DNA of 64,000 nucleotides from Eledone cirrhosa (Eukaryota): NCBI GenBank assembly GCA_964016885.1, contig OZ024764.1, positions 5,022,001 to 5,086,000 of the forward strand, read 5' to 3'. Shown piece by piece: positions 52,739 to 64,000 of this stretch (position 1 is its first letter; each line of letters starts with the position of its first letter). The notes under the pieces were generated by a model. It saw only the letters and a program-made list of their open reading frames with translations, ran no database searches and was not told where the DNA came from. The position numbers and the translations under genes were made by a program.

Positions 52739-55700
52739 GGCTGGTTTACTCGGTGAGTTAAAACTCACTTGTGACTGTAGTGTTTTAGAAGTGTCTCAAT
52801 CTTTCATGCACCACTAAATTTTTTAACTATTTCCCCTGAAACTGCCTTATTTTTGGGGGTCATCTTATCAATCGAATAGCGTCCTAAATCTAAATTATAC
52901 TTCAGAATTTTAGGGGCCGACTTATGTACCGGATAGACTTGTACACCGGCATATATGGTATATATATATATATGCATGGAGGCACATGGCTTAGTGGTTA
53001 GAGCATTGGTCATGCAATCGAAAGGTTGTGAGTTCAATTCTCAGACCGGGTGATGTGTTGGTTCCTTGAGCAAGACACTTTATTTCACATTGCTCCAGTT
53101 TACTCAGCTGTAGAAATGAGATGATAGGGACTGGGGTCCCTATCATTCCACTGCAAAGTGGTCGTGGAGGTGCCACGGCAAAAAAAGCACCCAGCACTCA
53201 CTGTAAATGAGGTTGGTGACAGGAAGGGCATACAGCTGTAGAAATCAAGCCAGAATCAGTTCCCGTCCCGCCCTTGCAAGCAGGGAAAAGTGGACGTAAA
53301 ATGAAATGATGAAAGAGAGATAGAGAGAAAGAGAGGGAGTGAGAGAGATACATTAAAACAATAACAGAAGGTCTGACTGGAGAATTTACTTTAGAATTCC
53401 TTCACGGAAATGTCTTATTTATCTGTAACACAAACTTCAAAAAACAAGACAACCACTTAATAACCGATAGATCAAGTGAGCCCTCCAGCTAGATAGATTT
53501 CATTGTTACCAGAAGACAGAGTGACTGTTATAAACACAAAGTCCTTCCCTAGTGAAGAATGCACCTCCCAACATACCTTAGAATACAACCTGGAAGAAAA
53601 GAGTATAGATCAAAATCAAAAGGTCTTAAAGTCAATTTGGTAAAGACTAAAGTTCTAGTAAGTAGAAAGGAAAACAGGGCCCAGATCTCTTCAGGTAAAC
53701 TGTCCTGCTCAGTGGGCAGAAAAGGAGTAGGTAGAAATTCCATCCTATGTCCCATATAGAAATGATGGGTACACAAAAGATGTTGTGGGATCTCAGGAAG
53801 GCTAACAAAGAACGTAGCTTCTACATGTGGCCAGTGAACAGGGGCAGGAAATATCAAGAGCTCTCGGGTTACAATCTCCTTCAAATGCCCAGAAGTCTCT
53901 GCAGAGGTGGTAGATAGTTTCTGTTACTTAGGTGACTAAATCAGCAGTGGAGGAGGGTGGTCCAAAAACTCAGTAACAAGAGTGAGATTAGATTGGAGAA
54001 AGTGCAGGGATCTACTACTACTGCTAACTACAAAACATTTTTCCATCAAAATGAAGGGCAGACTGTATGATGCAGGTATACAAACAACAATGTTGCACAG
54101 CAGCGAGACCTGGGCACTGTGTGTAGAAGATCTGTAAAGATTGGAAAGAAATGAAGCCTCCATGCTTCAATGGATGTGCCATAGTAATATATGCAAATGG
54201 CAAAACATAGGTTACCATTGGGTAGGTTACTGTAGGGTAGGGTACCATAGGGTGGGTTACCATAGGGTAGGTTACTGTATGGTAGGTAACATTTCGTTAG
54301 GTTACTGTAGGGTAGGTTACCATAGGGTAGGTTACCATAGGGTAGGTTACTGTAGGGTAGGTTACCATAGGGTAGTTATGTAGGGTAGGTTACCATAGTG
54401 TAGGTTACTGTAGGGTAGGTTACCATAGAGTAGGATACTGTAGGGTAGGTTACCATAGGTTAGGTCACTGTAGGGTAGGTTACCATAGGGTAGGTTATTA
54501 TAGGGTAGGTTACCATAGGTTAGGTTACTATAGGGTATGTTACCATAGGGTAGGTTACTATAAGGTAGGTTACCATACCATAGGTTAGGTTACCATATGT
54601 TTGTTAAGGTTAGGCTAGGCTGGTTTACTCGGTGAGTTAAAACTCACTTGTGACTGTAGTGTTTTAGAAGTGTCTCAATCTTTCATGCACCACTAAATTT
54701 TTTAACTATTTCCCCTGAAACTGCCTTATTTTTGGGGGTCATCTTATCAATCGAATAGCGTCCTAAATCTAAATTATACTTCAGAATTTTAGGGGCCGAC
54801 TTATGTACCGGATAGACTTGTACACCGGCATATATGGTATATATATATATATGCATGGAGGCACATGGCTTAGTGGTTAGAGCATTGGTCATGCAATCGA
54901 AAGGTTGTGAGTTCAATTCTCAGACCGGGTGATGTGTTGGTTCCTTGAGCAAGACACTTTATTTCACATTGCTCCAGTTTACTCAGCTGTAGAAATGAGA
55001 TGATAGGGACTGGGGTCCCTATCATTCCACTGCAAAGTGGTCGTGGAGGTGCCACGGCAAAAAAAGCACCCAGCACTCACTGTAAATGAGGTTGGTGACA
55101 GGAAGGGCATACAGCTGTAGAAATCAAGCCAGAATCAGTTCCCGTCCCGCCCTTGCAAGCAGGGAAAAGTGGACGTAAAATGAAATGATGAAAGAGAGAT
55201 AGAGAGAAAGAGAGGGAGTGAGAGAGATACATTAAAACAATAACAGAAGGTCTGACTGGAGAATTTACTTTAGAATTCCTTCACGGAAATGTCTTATTTA
55301 TCTGTAACACAAACTTCAAAAAACAAGACAACCACTTAATAACCGATAGATCAAGTGAGCCCTCCAGCTAGATAGATTTCATTGTTACCAGAAGACAGAG
55401 TGACTGTTATAAACACAAAGTCCTTCCCTAGTGAAGAATGCACCTCCCAACATACCTTAGAATACAACCTGGAAGAAAAGAGTATAGATCAAAATCAAAA
55501 GGTCTTAAAGTCAATTTGGTAAAGACTAAAGTTCTAGTAAGTAGAAAGGAAAACAGGGCCCAGATCTCTTCAGGTAAACTGTCCTGCTCAGTGGGCAGAA
55601 AAGGAGTAGGTAGAAATTCCATCCTATGTCCCATATAGAAATGATGGGTACACAAAAGATGTTGTGGGATCTCAGGAAGGCTAACAAAGAACGTAGCTTC

Positions 55701-56530
55701 TACATGTGGCCAGTGAACAGGGGCAGGAAATATCAAGAGCTCTCGGGTTACAATCTCCTTCAAATGCCCAGAAGTCTCTGCAGAGGTGGTAGATAGTTTC
55801 TGTTACTTAGGTGACTAAATCAGCAGTGGAGGAGGGTGGTCCAAAAACTCAGTAACAAGAGTGAGATTAGATTGGAGAAAGTGCAGGGATCTACTACTAC
55901 TGCTAACTACAAAACATTTTTCCATCAAAATGAAGGGCAGACTGTATGATGCAGGTATACAAACAACAATGTTGCACAGCAGCGAGACCTGGGCACTGTG
56001 TGTAGAAGATCTGTAAAGATTGGAAAGAAATGAAGCCTCCATGCTTCAATGGATGTGCCATAGTAATATATGCAAATGGCAAAACATAGGTTACCATTGG
56101 GTAGGTTACTGTAGGGTAGGGTACCATAGGGTAGGTTACTGTATGGTAGGTTACATTTCGTTAGGTTACTGTAGGGTAGGTTACCATAGGGTGGGTTACC
56201 ATAGGGTAGGTTACTGTAGGGTAGGATACCATAGGGTAGTTATGTAGGGTAGGTTACCATAGTGTAGGTTACTGTAGGGTAGGTTACCATAGAGTAGGAT
56301 ACTGTAGGGTAGGTTACCATAGGTTATGTCACTGTAGGGTAGGTTACCATAGGGTAGGTTATTATAGGGTAGGTTACCATAGGTTAGGTTACTATAGGGT
56401 TGGTTGCCATAGGGTATGTTACCATAGGGTAGGTTACTATAAGGTAGGTTACCATACCATAGGTTAGGTTACCATATGTTTGTTAAGGTTAGGCTAGGCT
56501 GGTTTACTCGGTGAGTTAAAACTCACTTGC
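52720..56530 (+). repeat. Local tandem duplication, period 1879 bp
   Basis: Identical ORF pairs are offset by 1879 bp (52804/54683, 52991/54870, 53549/55428, 53936/55815). Confidence 0.9.
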
Positions 56531-56649
56531 GACTGTAGTGTTTTAGAAGAAGTGTCTTAATCTTTAGTGCGCCACTAAATTTTTTAACTATTTCCCCTGA
56601 AACTGCCTTATTTTTTGGGTGTCGTCTTATGAATCGAATAGTGTCGTAT

Positions 56650-57580
56650 AGGACTATCTGGCATGTTTTCTATGGCTGGATGCCCTTCCTAACACCAACC
56701 ACGTTTACAGTGTGGGGACTGGGAGGTTTTTACCATGTTAACTACACGGCCAATTTACAGCGTGGACTGTGTGTTTTATTGTCATGACACCTACACAACC
56801 TCATTTATTTAGGACTGGATGTTGTGTGACCAACATAATTTAACAGAGATGGGGGTGGGAGTAGTGGGCTGGGGGCGTATATTTGGTTAAGAGGTGCCTA
56901 CTGACTGTAGGTTTCGCTTTGTACTTAGGCAAGGGTGGTCTTCTGTATTACTGCGTAGCGCCAAAGATCTCGGTTCAGTGACATTGTTTTGGAGAGGTGT
57001 AAGTGTGTGAGATCGGAATTTATCAATTCGTCCCAGGGTTTTCTGGGTCTGCCTACTCCGTGGCTACCATCTATTTTGATCGCCCTGCACTTTTTTATAC
57101 AGCTGTCGTCTTTCATGCGCATCACGTGACCATACCAACGTAGTCTTCTCTCGAGTAAACAACATCTGATCCCTCTTATTCCTAATTTCTCACTTAGTTC
57201 ATTTATGCTTTGCCGTTCACGTATATTACTATTACACATCCAGCAGAGCATGCAAACTTCATTCCTCTCCAGTCTGCGTATATCCTCTGCACACAATGCC
57301 CAAGTCTCACTGCCATGTAACATTGTTGTTCGTATGCAGGCATCATACAGCCTGCCTTTCATTTTTAGAGAGAACCCTTTAGCGGCCAATCGTACAATGA
57401 AAAGAGCGTCTGTGATACTTTTACCTGACACAAACCCAAACTGCATTTCATCTAGATCAATTCTCTCTCTGATTAGTTGCGCTATTACTTTTTCTGTGAC
57501 CCTCATGAACTGGTCAATTAATTTAATGCCTCTATAGTTTCCCCTATCTAGGGCATCTCCTTTACCCTTGTAGCAGTTAA
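56650..57580 (-). mobile_element. Internally deleted RTE LINE, antisense
   Basis: ORF 56925-57638; duplicate of 4437-5150. Confidence 0.9.
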
Positions 57581-57999
57581 TGATGATGATATATATATAA
57601 AAGAAATAGGATTTCGCTTCAAGCATATCTTTATACAATATGTATAAATATTTTGTATCTCCAAAGAAATACGGTTTTAGGAAGCCTTAGCTCTGCAAAC
57701 CCTGGGGGGCTAACATCCTCTGGTGATGTCCAGCAGAAGCAAAGGGGACAACCGTCTATGCATTTCAGGCTTAACTGGCCATCGTCAGGACAGTCCCTCC
57801 CACTGCTTGCGACTGCTGGCCAGTTAAGCGTGAAATGCATAGACGGTTGTCCCCCTTGCTTCTGCTGGACATCACCAGAGGCCTTGAAACCCTAAGTCCC
57901 TTTTGTTCTGTGTATGAACAGAAATAAATAATGTAATATATATATATATGTATGTGTGTGTATCTATTTATATATTTAACTATATTTTTCTCATTACAG

Positions 58000-58032
58000 G
58001 ATATGCTTCACTAATATAAAGAAGAAATTGAT
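58000..58032 (+). CDS. Putative symmetric micro-exon 9 (class A, 33 nt, phase 2-2; ICFTNIKKKL)
   Basis: tttttctcattacAG | gatatgcttcactaatataaagaagaaattgat | GTAAGT. TAA stops occur in phases 0 and 1, so only phase 2 is open. Confidence 0.75.
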
Positions 58033-58883
58033 GTAAGTGTTACCTTAACATACTGTCTAACCATTGTTTAATCTGCTCCTTCCTCTACCTCTCCCTTTAT
58101 ACACACACACACACACATATATACCCCTATATATATATGTATACACACACACAAATATATACACATATATACATATATATATACACACATATATATATAA
58201 TCACATATATATATACATATATACAAGCCAGACACGGCCTGCTGACCAATCTCGCCTTAAGTGGGACAAAACCGTCCAACCCATGCTAGCATGGAAGATG
58301 GACTTTAAATGATGATGATATATACACACTGACACATATATATACATATATATATATACACATATATATACGCATATATTTATATATATATATGAGTTCA
58401 AGTCCGCCGAGGTTAACTTTGCCTTTCATCTTTACGAGGTCGATAAAATAAAGTACCAGTGGTGTACTGGGGTAATCGCTGGCCTTGTGCCAAAAGTAGA
58501 AACTATAATTATATATATATAACCAAAGATTAATATAGTTCGTTGATTACTCAACGAATACAGTTGTACAATAGATTAGAAGAACTCAACAGTGAAAGTT
58601 TTCCTGGACTTTTTAATATTAACAAATGAAAAATATTCTCATAATCAAAATATATACTTTATTATATACATTTCAAAGGTATATGACATACCTCTACGGT
58701 CTTGATTCTTTAATTCCAGTATTGCAGTCACTGCCAATACTGGAATTGAAGAATCAAGACCGTAGCGCTATGTCATAATCATATATTTTGTCTGATGAGG
58801 ACGTACTGAAAAAACAACAATATATATAATATAGTATATATTTTGATTATGCGAATATTTTTCATTTGTTAACATTTTGAATA

Positions 58884-58975
<92 letters not shown>

Positions 58976-59041
58976 AGGTAAAATTAATAATGAAAGAGTT
59001 GCAAGCCTTTAAAACATATCTTTATAAAGCTCTTACATATG

Positions 59042-59094
<53 letters not shown>

Positions 59095-59357
59095 TATATA
59101 TATATATATATATATATATATCATCATTATCATTTTATGTCCGCTTCTCCCTGCTTGCAAGGGTTGGGCTCTCACCACCACTGGCCATGTTTTTCGTGGT
59201 CTTCCTTTTACTGGGATTTTTTAGCACCTCTTTACCCAGCAGTCATCCTCGATGCGCATCACTTGTCCATACCATCTCAGTCTTCTCTCCTGCACACCAC
59301 AACTCATCCCCAGTTTCTCTCTCAACTCATCTATGGTCTTGTCGTTCACGCACATTG

Positions 59358-59393
<36 letters not shown>

Positions 59394-60812
59394 TAATTAC
59401 ATTGACTGATTAATAGCTCTTGTTAATTTTAAAACCATTCTGTTGAGAGCTTAATTCGTTTTGTGATATTTTGCAATTTTGCAATAACACACATACTGAA
59501 TTCATCCGCCAAATCTAAGGGCTGCCCCCCCCCCCCCCCTGTGAAGCCCCACGTGGGTTTTGATAACGGTCAGTCCTTGGCTTGGCACTGAACTAAAAGC
59601 CTGTTGAGAAAGTGACTTCCTTGTTCGATCATCATACCAAAAGCTTAACATTATTTGTCTAAGTAGACAGTACTTGATTTAGGAGTTGCAGAAACCCAAT
59701 ACTGGATATTACCAACCTTCCAGGGGTCCGGGTATAATTTTCCATCATATTTTATTTGTTTTACTCGAATTACTTGGTCGTGTCTATGGCTGTGCGGATA
59801 ATTGTTTAACCATCGTCTCAGTGTGTTTGGCCTTTTAACTTATGTTGTTGCTCTAGTTCACTAGCTTCTATGGAGCGCTTGCCACACATCTCGGAAGTTG
59901 TTTTTCGTTAATTTCCAATAGCAGAAATGCAATTCTCGCTAATTTATATATATATATATATATATATACACGTATAATGGATAACAAAATATCGTTATAG
60001 GTAATCCAGGTAGAAGTTGTGAATACTCTGTATTGTGGTTAGTCTTAGTCTACGGCGTTGTTTGACTCAACAAGAGGTTTCCGTAGGTGGCAAGTATTTG
60101 AGTTCTCTTGAATTTCTATGTAAGTTTATCTTGGAGTAATAATATTGAAAGCGTGAAGAATAACATGGTCAACAGTACAAAAGAAGGTTTTTATTTACAG
60201 TATTAACAATTGTTTCACTGATTAAGTTGTCTAAAAATCGCTGAAAACTTAAAGCTGTGCCACTCAATCTACTATATATATTGGAAGTGGTCGGACGTTG
60301 TATATTTAAGTAAATAAGTAGGTGTAGTCGGATAAACGTCGAAACGGCTTGGTAGAATGCAGCGAAAATTTACACAGTTATGCAGAATTGTAGCAGTTAA
60401 TGATGATATATATGTAAAAGAAATAGGATTTCGCTTCAAGCATATCTTTATACAATATGTATAAATATTTTGTATCTCCAAAGAAATACGGTTTTAGGAA
60501 GCCTTAGCTCTGCAAACCCTGGGGGGCTAACGTCCTCTGGTGATGTCCAGCAGAAGCAAGGGGGACAACCGTCTATGCATTTCAGGCTTAACTGACCATC
60601 GTCTGGACAGTCCCTCCCACTGCTTGCGACTGCTGGCCAGTTAAGCATGAAATGCATAGACGGTTGTCCCCCTTGCTTCTGCTGGACATCACCAGAGGCC
60701 TTGAAACCCTAAGTCCCTTTTGCTCTGTGTATGAACAGAAATAAATAATGTAATATATATATATGTATGTGTGTATCTATTTATATATTTAACTATTTTT
60801 TTCTCATTACAG

Positions 60813-60842
60813 TCCCACAACTACTGCTTCCATGAAATTTAT
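60813..60842 (+). CDS. Putative symmetric micro-exon 10 (class A, 30 nt, phase 2-2; PTTTASMKF)
   Basis: tttttttctcattacAG | tcccacaactactgcttccatgaaatttat | GTAAGT. Phase 1 has a TGA stop, and there are 10/30 mismatches to its direct paralogue, exon 7. Confidence 0.75.
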
Positions 60843-62209
60843 GTAAGTGTTACCTTAACAAACTGTCTAACCATTGTTTAATCTGCTCCTCCCTCTACCT
60901 CTCCCTTTATACACACACACACATATATACCCCTATATATATATGTATACACACACACACACAAATATATACACATATATACATATATATATACACACAT
61001 ATATATACATATATACAAGCGAGACACGGCCTGCTGACCAATCTCGTCTTAAGTGGGACAAAACCGTCCAACCCATGCTAGCATGGAAGATGGACTTTAA
61101 ATGATGATGATATATATACACTGACACATATATATACATATATACAAATATATATACGCATATATCTATATATATATATATGAGTTCAAGTCCGCCGAGG
61201 TTAACTTTGCCTTTCATCTTTACGAGGTCGATAAAATAAAGTACCAGTGGTGCACTGGGGTAATCGCTGGCCTTGTGCCAAAAGTAGAAACTATATTTAT
61301 ATATATATAACCAAAGATTAATATGGTTCGTTGATTACTCAACGAATACAGTTTTACAATAGATTAGAAGCACTCAACAGTGAAAGTTTTCCTGGAGTTT
61401 TTAATATTATTCAAAATATTAACAAATGAAAAATATTCTCATAATCAAAATATATACTTTATTATATATATTTCAAAGGTATATGACATACCTCTACGGT
61501 CTTGATTATTCAATTCCAGTATTGGCAGTGACTATATATTTATAGGCAAAATGAATAATGAAAGAGTTGCAAGCCGTTAAAACATATCTTTATAAAGCTC
61601 TTACATATGTTATATATATATATATCATCATCATCAGCAGCGAGACCTGGGCACTGTGTGTAGAAGATCTGTAAAGATTGGAAAGAAATGAGCCTCCATG
61701 CTTCAATGGATGTGCCATAGTAATATATGCAAATGGCAAAACATAAATGTACTGTGAGAGGATTTAGGCATAAGAGGGATTAGATGCAGTGTGCAGGAGT
61801 GGGATTGTTTTGGTATAGACATGTGATGTGTATGAAGGGTGACAGCTGTATAAAAAGGTGCCGAACAAACAAAGTTGACAGAAACCGTGGAGTGGGCAGG
61901 TCTAGGAAGACTTGGGATGAGGTAAGGAAAGCTGATTTTGCACAATTACACCTAGCTAAGGCAATGACACAGGATGGTGACCTCTGGCGCTATGCACAAT
62001 TATAGAGGACTACATCCACAATCCACCAGACATTTTCCCTACCAACACCCCACACAAGTTCCCAAACCTCACCATAAAGTGGTCCCGCTGCAGCCATGAC
62101 AAACGTGTCCAGTCCACACTGTACAGTGGTCTTGTAGGTGTCTTGCCAAAAATCAATATTGGGCCTTAAAACCTTGAGTCCCTTTTGTTCTGTGTATGAA
62201 CATAAATAA

Positions 62210-62543
62210 TTGTTTCTACTTTTGGCACAAGGCCAGCAATTATCCAGTGCATTACTGGTACTTTATTTTATCGACCCCGTAAGGATGAAAGGCAAAGTTA
62301 ACCTCGGCGGGATTTGAACTCAGATCATACAGGGAGGTAACTATGCTTCAAAGCATGGCGTCCGACTCTCTACCGATACTGCCAATCCACCGCCTGAACA
62401 TAAATAAATAATTGGTTCTACTTTAGGCACAAGGCCAGCAATTACCTAGTACATTACTGGTACTTTATTTTATCGACTCCGTAAGGATGAAAGGCAAAGT
62501 CAACCTCGGAGGGATTTGAACTCAGATCGGAAAGGGACGTAAC
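62210..62543 (-). mobile_element. Two tandem antisense Meta-like SINEs
   Basis: Same as the first two copies at 48580-48913. Confidence 0.75.
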
Positions 62544-62623
62544 TAAATAAATAATGTAGTATATATATATGTATTTGTGTGTGTATCTATTTATATATTT
62601 AAGTATATTTTTTGTAATCACAG

Positions 62624-62665
62624 GACTGATACAGAGGAGGGTACCGCTCCAGAAAATAATGACGA
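62624..62665 (+). pseudogene. Micro-exon 11 (class B, 42 nt; TDTEEGTAPENND) with mutated donor, probable pseudo-exon
   Basis: The acceptor gtaatcacAG is intact, but the donor reads GAAAGT instead of GTAAGT. The exon differs from exon 8 by 1 nt. Confidence 0.65.
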
Positions 62666-62723
62666 GAAAGTTTTACATACTATCTAACCATTATTCTATC
62701 TGTTCCTTCCCGTCTCTCTCTCT

Positions 62724-62758
<35 letters not shown>

Positions 62759-62984
62759 AGGTGTATTACTGGTTGTGTAAAACGGTCCAATAAATTTTTG
62801 TTAGCAATATTAAGTCTCCACGCTTTTGTATATCTCCAATTCCATTTAAGGGAACAGCTAGATGATGTAAAACGGAGTATTTCTATCAAAATGAAAATCC
62901 GAAGGCAAGGTAAAATTTCCAATCATTTTAATCACGTCGTGATTGAAATGATTGGAAATCTTACCTTCCTTCGGATTTTCATTT

Positions 62985-63020
<36 letters not shown>

Positions 63021-63714
63021 CTCTGTCTCTTATAAACCACGTTGGCTATTATGACACTCTCTCCAACATAGAGAGCTATGTTGGCTAATATAAACTATCT
63101 CTCTCTATGTTGGCTATTATGACTCTCTCTCTCTCTCTCTCTCCCTCCCTCTCTATGTTGGCTAATATGACTCTCTCTCCCTCTCTATGTTGGCTATTAT
63201 GACTCTCTCTCTCTCTATGTTGGCTATTATGACTCTCTCTCTCTCTATGTTGGCTATTATGACTCTCTCTCTCTCTATGTTGGCTATTATGTCTCTCTCT
63301 CTCTATCTATGTTGGCTATTATGACTCTCTCTCTCTATTTATGTTGGCTATTATGTCTCTCTCTCTCTATCTATGTTGGCTATTATGTCTCTCTCTGTTC
63401 AAGCTTTATGAAGTTAGTTGAACATCTTCAAAGTCCTCCCATATTCGCCTTGTCTAATATGCGTTCTTGTACCTGATTATTTCCACCAAATCTCCTGGGA
63501 TGTTATAAACCATGATGGCTACCTATCTCACAATTTCTCTCCTGCCCACCCCCTCACACCACCATAGTCTATTCGACCAATCAAACCTCAGCAACATGTC
63601 CCCCACCCATTACCAACCCCAACAAACTCTGCCATTACTACTACTTCTACTTTTCTTCTAGCCCTTACCAGCCCCAACAAACCCTGACATTATTACTACT
63701 ATTGTCCTTCTAGC

Positions 63715-64000
63715 TATGGGCTGAGGATAAATGGGGCTACCCCAAATTAATAAATGAATATGAATCCGCGAGTTACCAAGCACCCATGCAAAGCTTTAAT
63801 TCAGAGACAGGAAGCATACACACCCCACTGCAAAAATTCACCCTTTCCCACGAGTGGTGGCAAATGCCCAAAACTCCGAGTTGGAACCATCAATGTAAGC
63901 ACAATGAAAGGAAGAGCAGGAGAAATTGTAGAGATGCTAGAGCGAAAGAAAATTGATGTATGCTGTGTGCAAGAGACTAGATGGAGAGCAGAGTCCGCTG
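63715..64000 (+). mobile_element. Start of another RTE (endonuclease) copy, running off the window
   Basis: Identical to the start of 50362-50976 (MNMNPRVTKH...VQETRWRAESA). Confidence 0.88.

Noticed and set aside
624-56247. Many ORFs of repeating VTYPM / VGYHR / GNLPY pentapeptides (up to 238 aa)
   Set aside because: They are translations of the 15-bp minisatellite, occur on both strands and in several frames, are interrupted by frequent frameshifts, and have no unique coding context.
5458-59396. YIYI/THTH/SLSL-rich ORFs
   Set aside because: They are translations of (TA)n, (CA)n and (CT)n microsatellites. Some overlap the micro-exons, but in a different frame and reading through the splice sites.
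5510-62665. CRISPR-like reading: constant flanks with variable 30-42-nt 'spacers'
   Set aside because: The context is eukaryotic with no cas genes and the units are kb apart. The variable parts are homologous to each other, bounded by AG/GT and 3n in length, which fits exons.
15419-62665. Diversity-generating retroelement (adenine-specific mutagenesis by the nearby RT)
   Set aside because: The RT sequences are broken RTE LINEs, no invariant template repeat is evident, and the substitutions include G/C, C/G and T/C changes and track codon position rather than adenines.

Overview
AT-rich animal genomic DNA, probably cephalopod/Octopus-like (inferred from the RTE LINE fragments, tRNA-headed SINEs and (TA)n/(CA)n/(CT)n microsatellites). 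There is no conventional multi-codon host ORF. Nearly all long ORFs in the track are decayed RTE retrotransposon pieces or artefacts of a 15-bp minisatellite. The window is a patchwork of recent, near-identical segmental duplications of a few kb-scale modules (RTE fragments, a TIR element carrying the 15-bp minisatellite, SINEs, hairpins, a ~30-bp minisatellite), plus one non-autonomous Helitron. The key hidden feature is one tiny + strand exon-like cassette per module, 11 in total, of 30, 42, 33, 42, 42, 78, 30, 42, 33, 30 and 42 nt. Each lies between a conserved branch point/polypyrimidine/CAG acceptor and a GTAAGT donor (GA in the last copy). All lengths are multiples of 3, and phase 2-2 is the only phase open in all 11. 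The cassettes are far more divergent from each other than their almost identical intronic flanks, and the changes fall almost entirely at codon positions 1 and 2. This looks like part of an expanding array of hypervariable symmetric micro-exons under diversifying selection. The first and last exons, and so the gene's identity, are not visible in this window.
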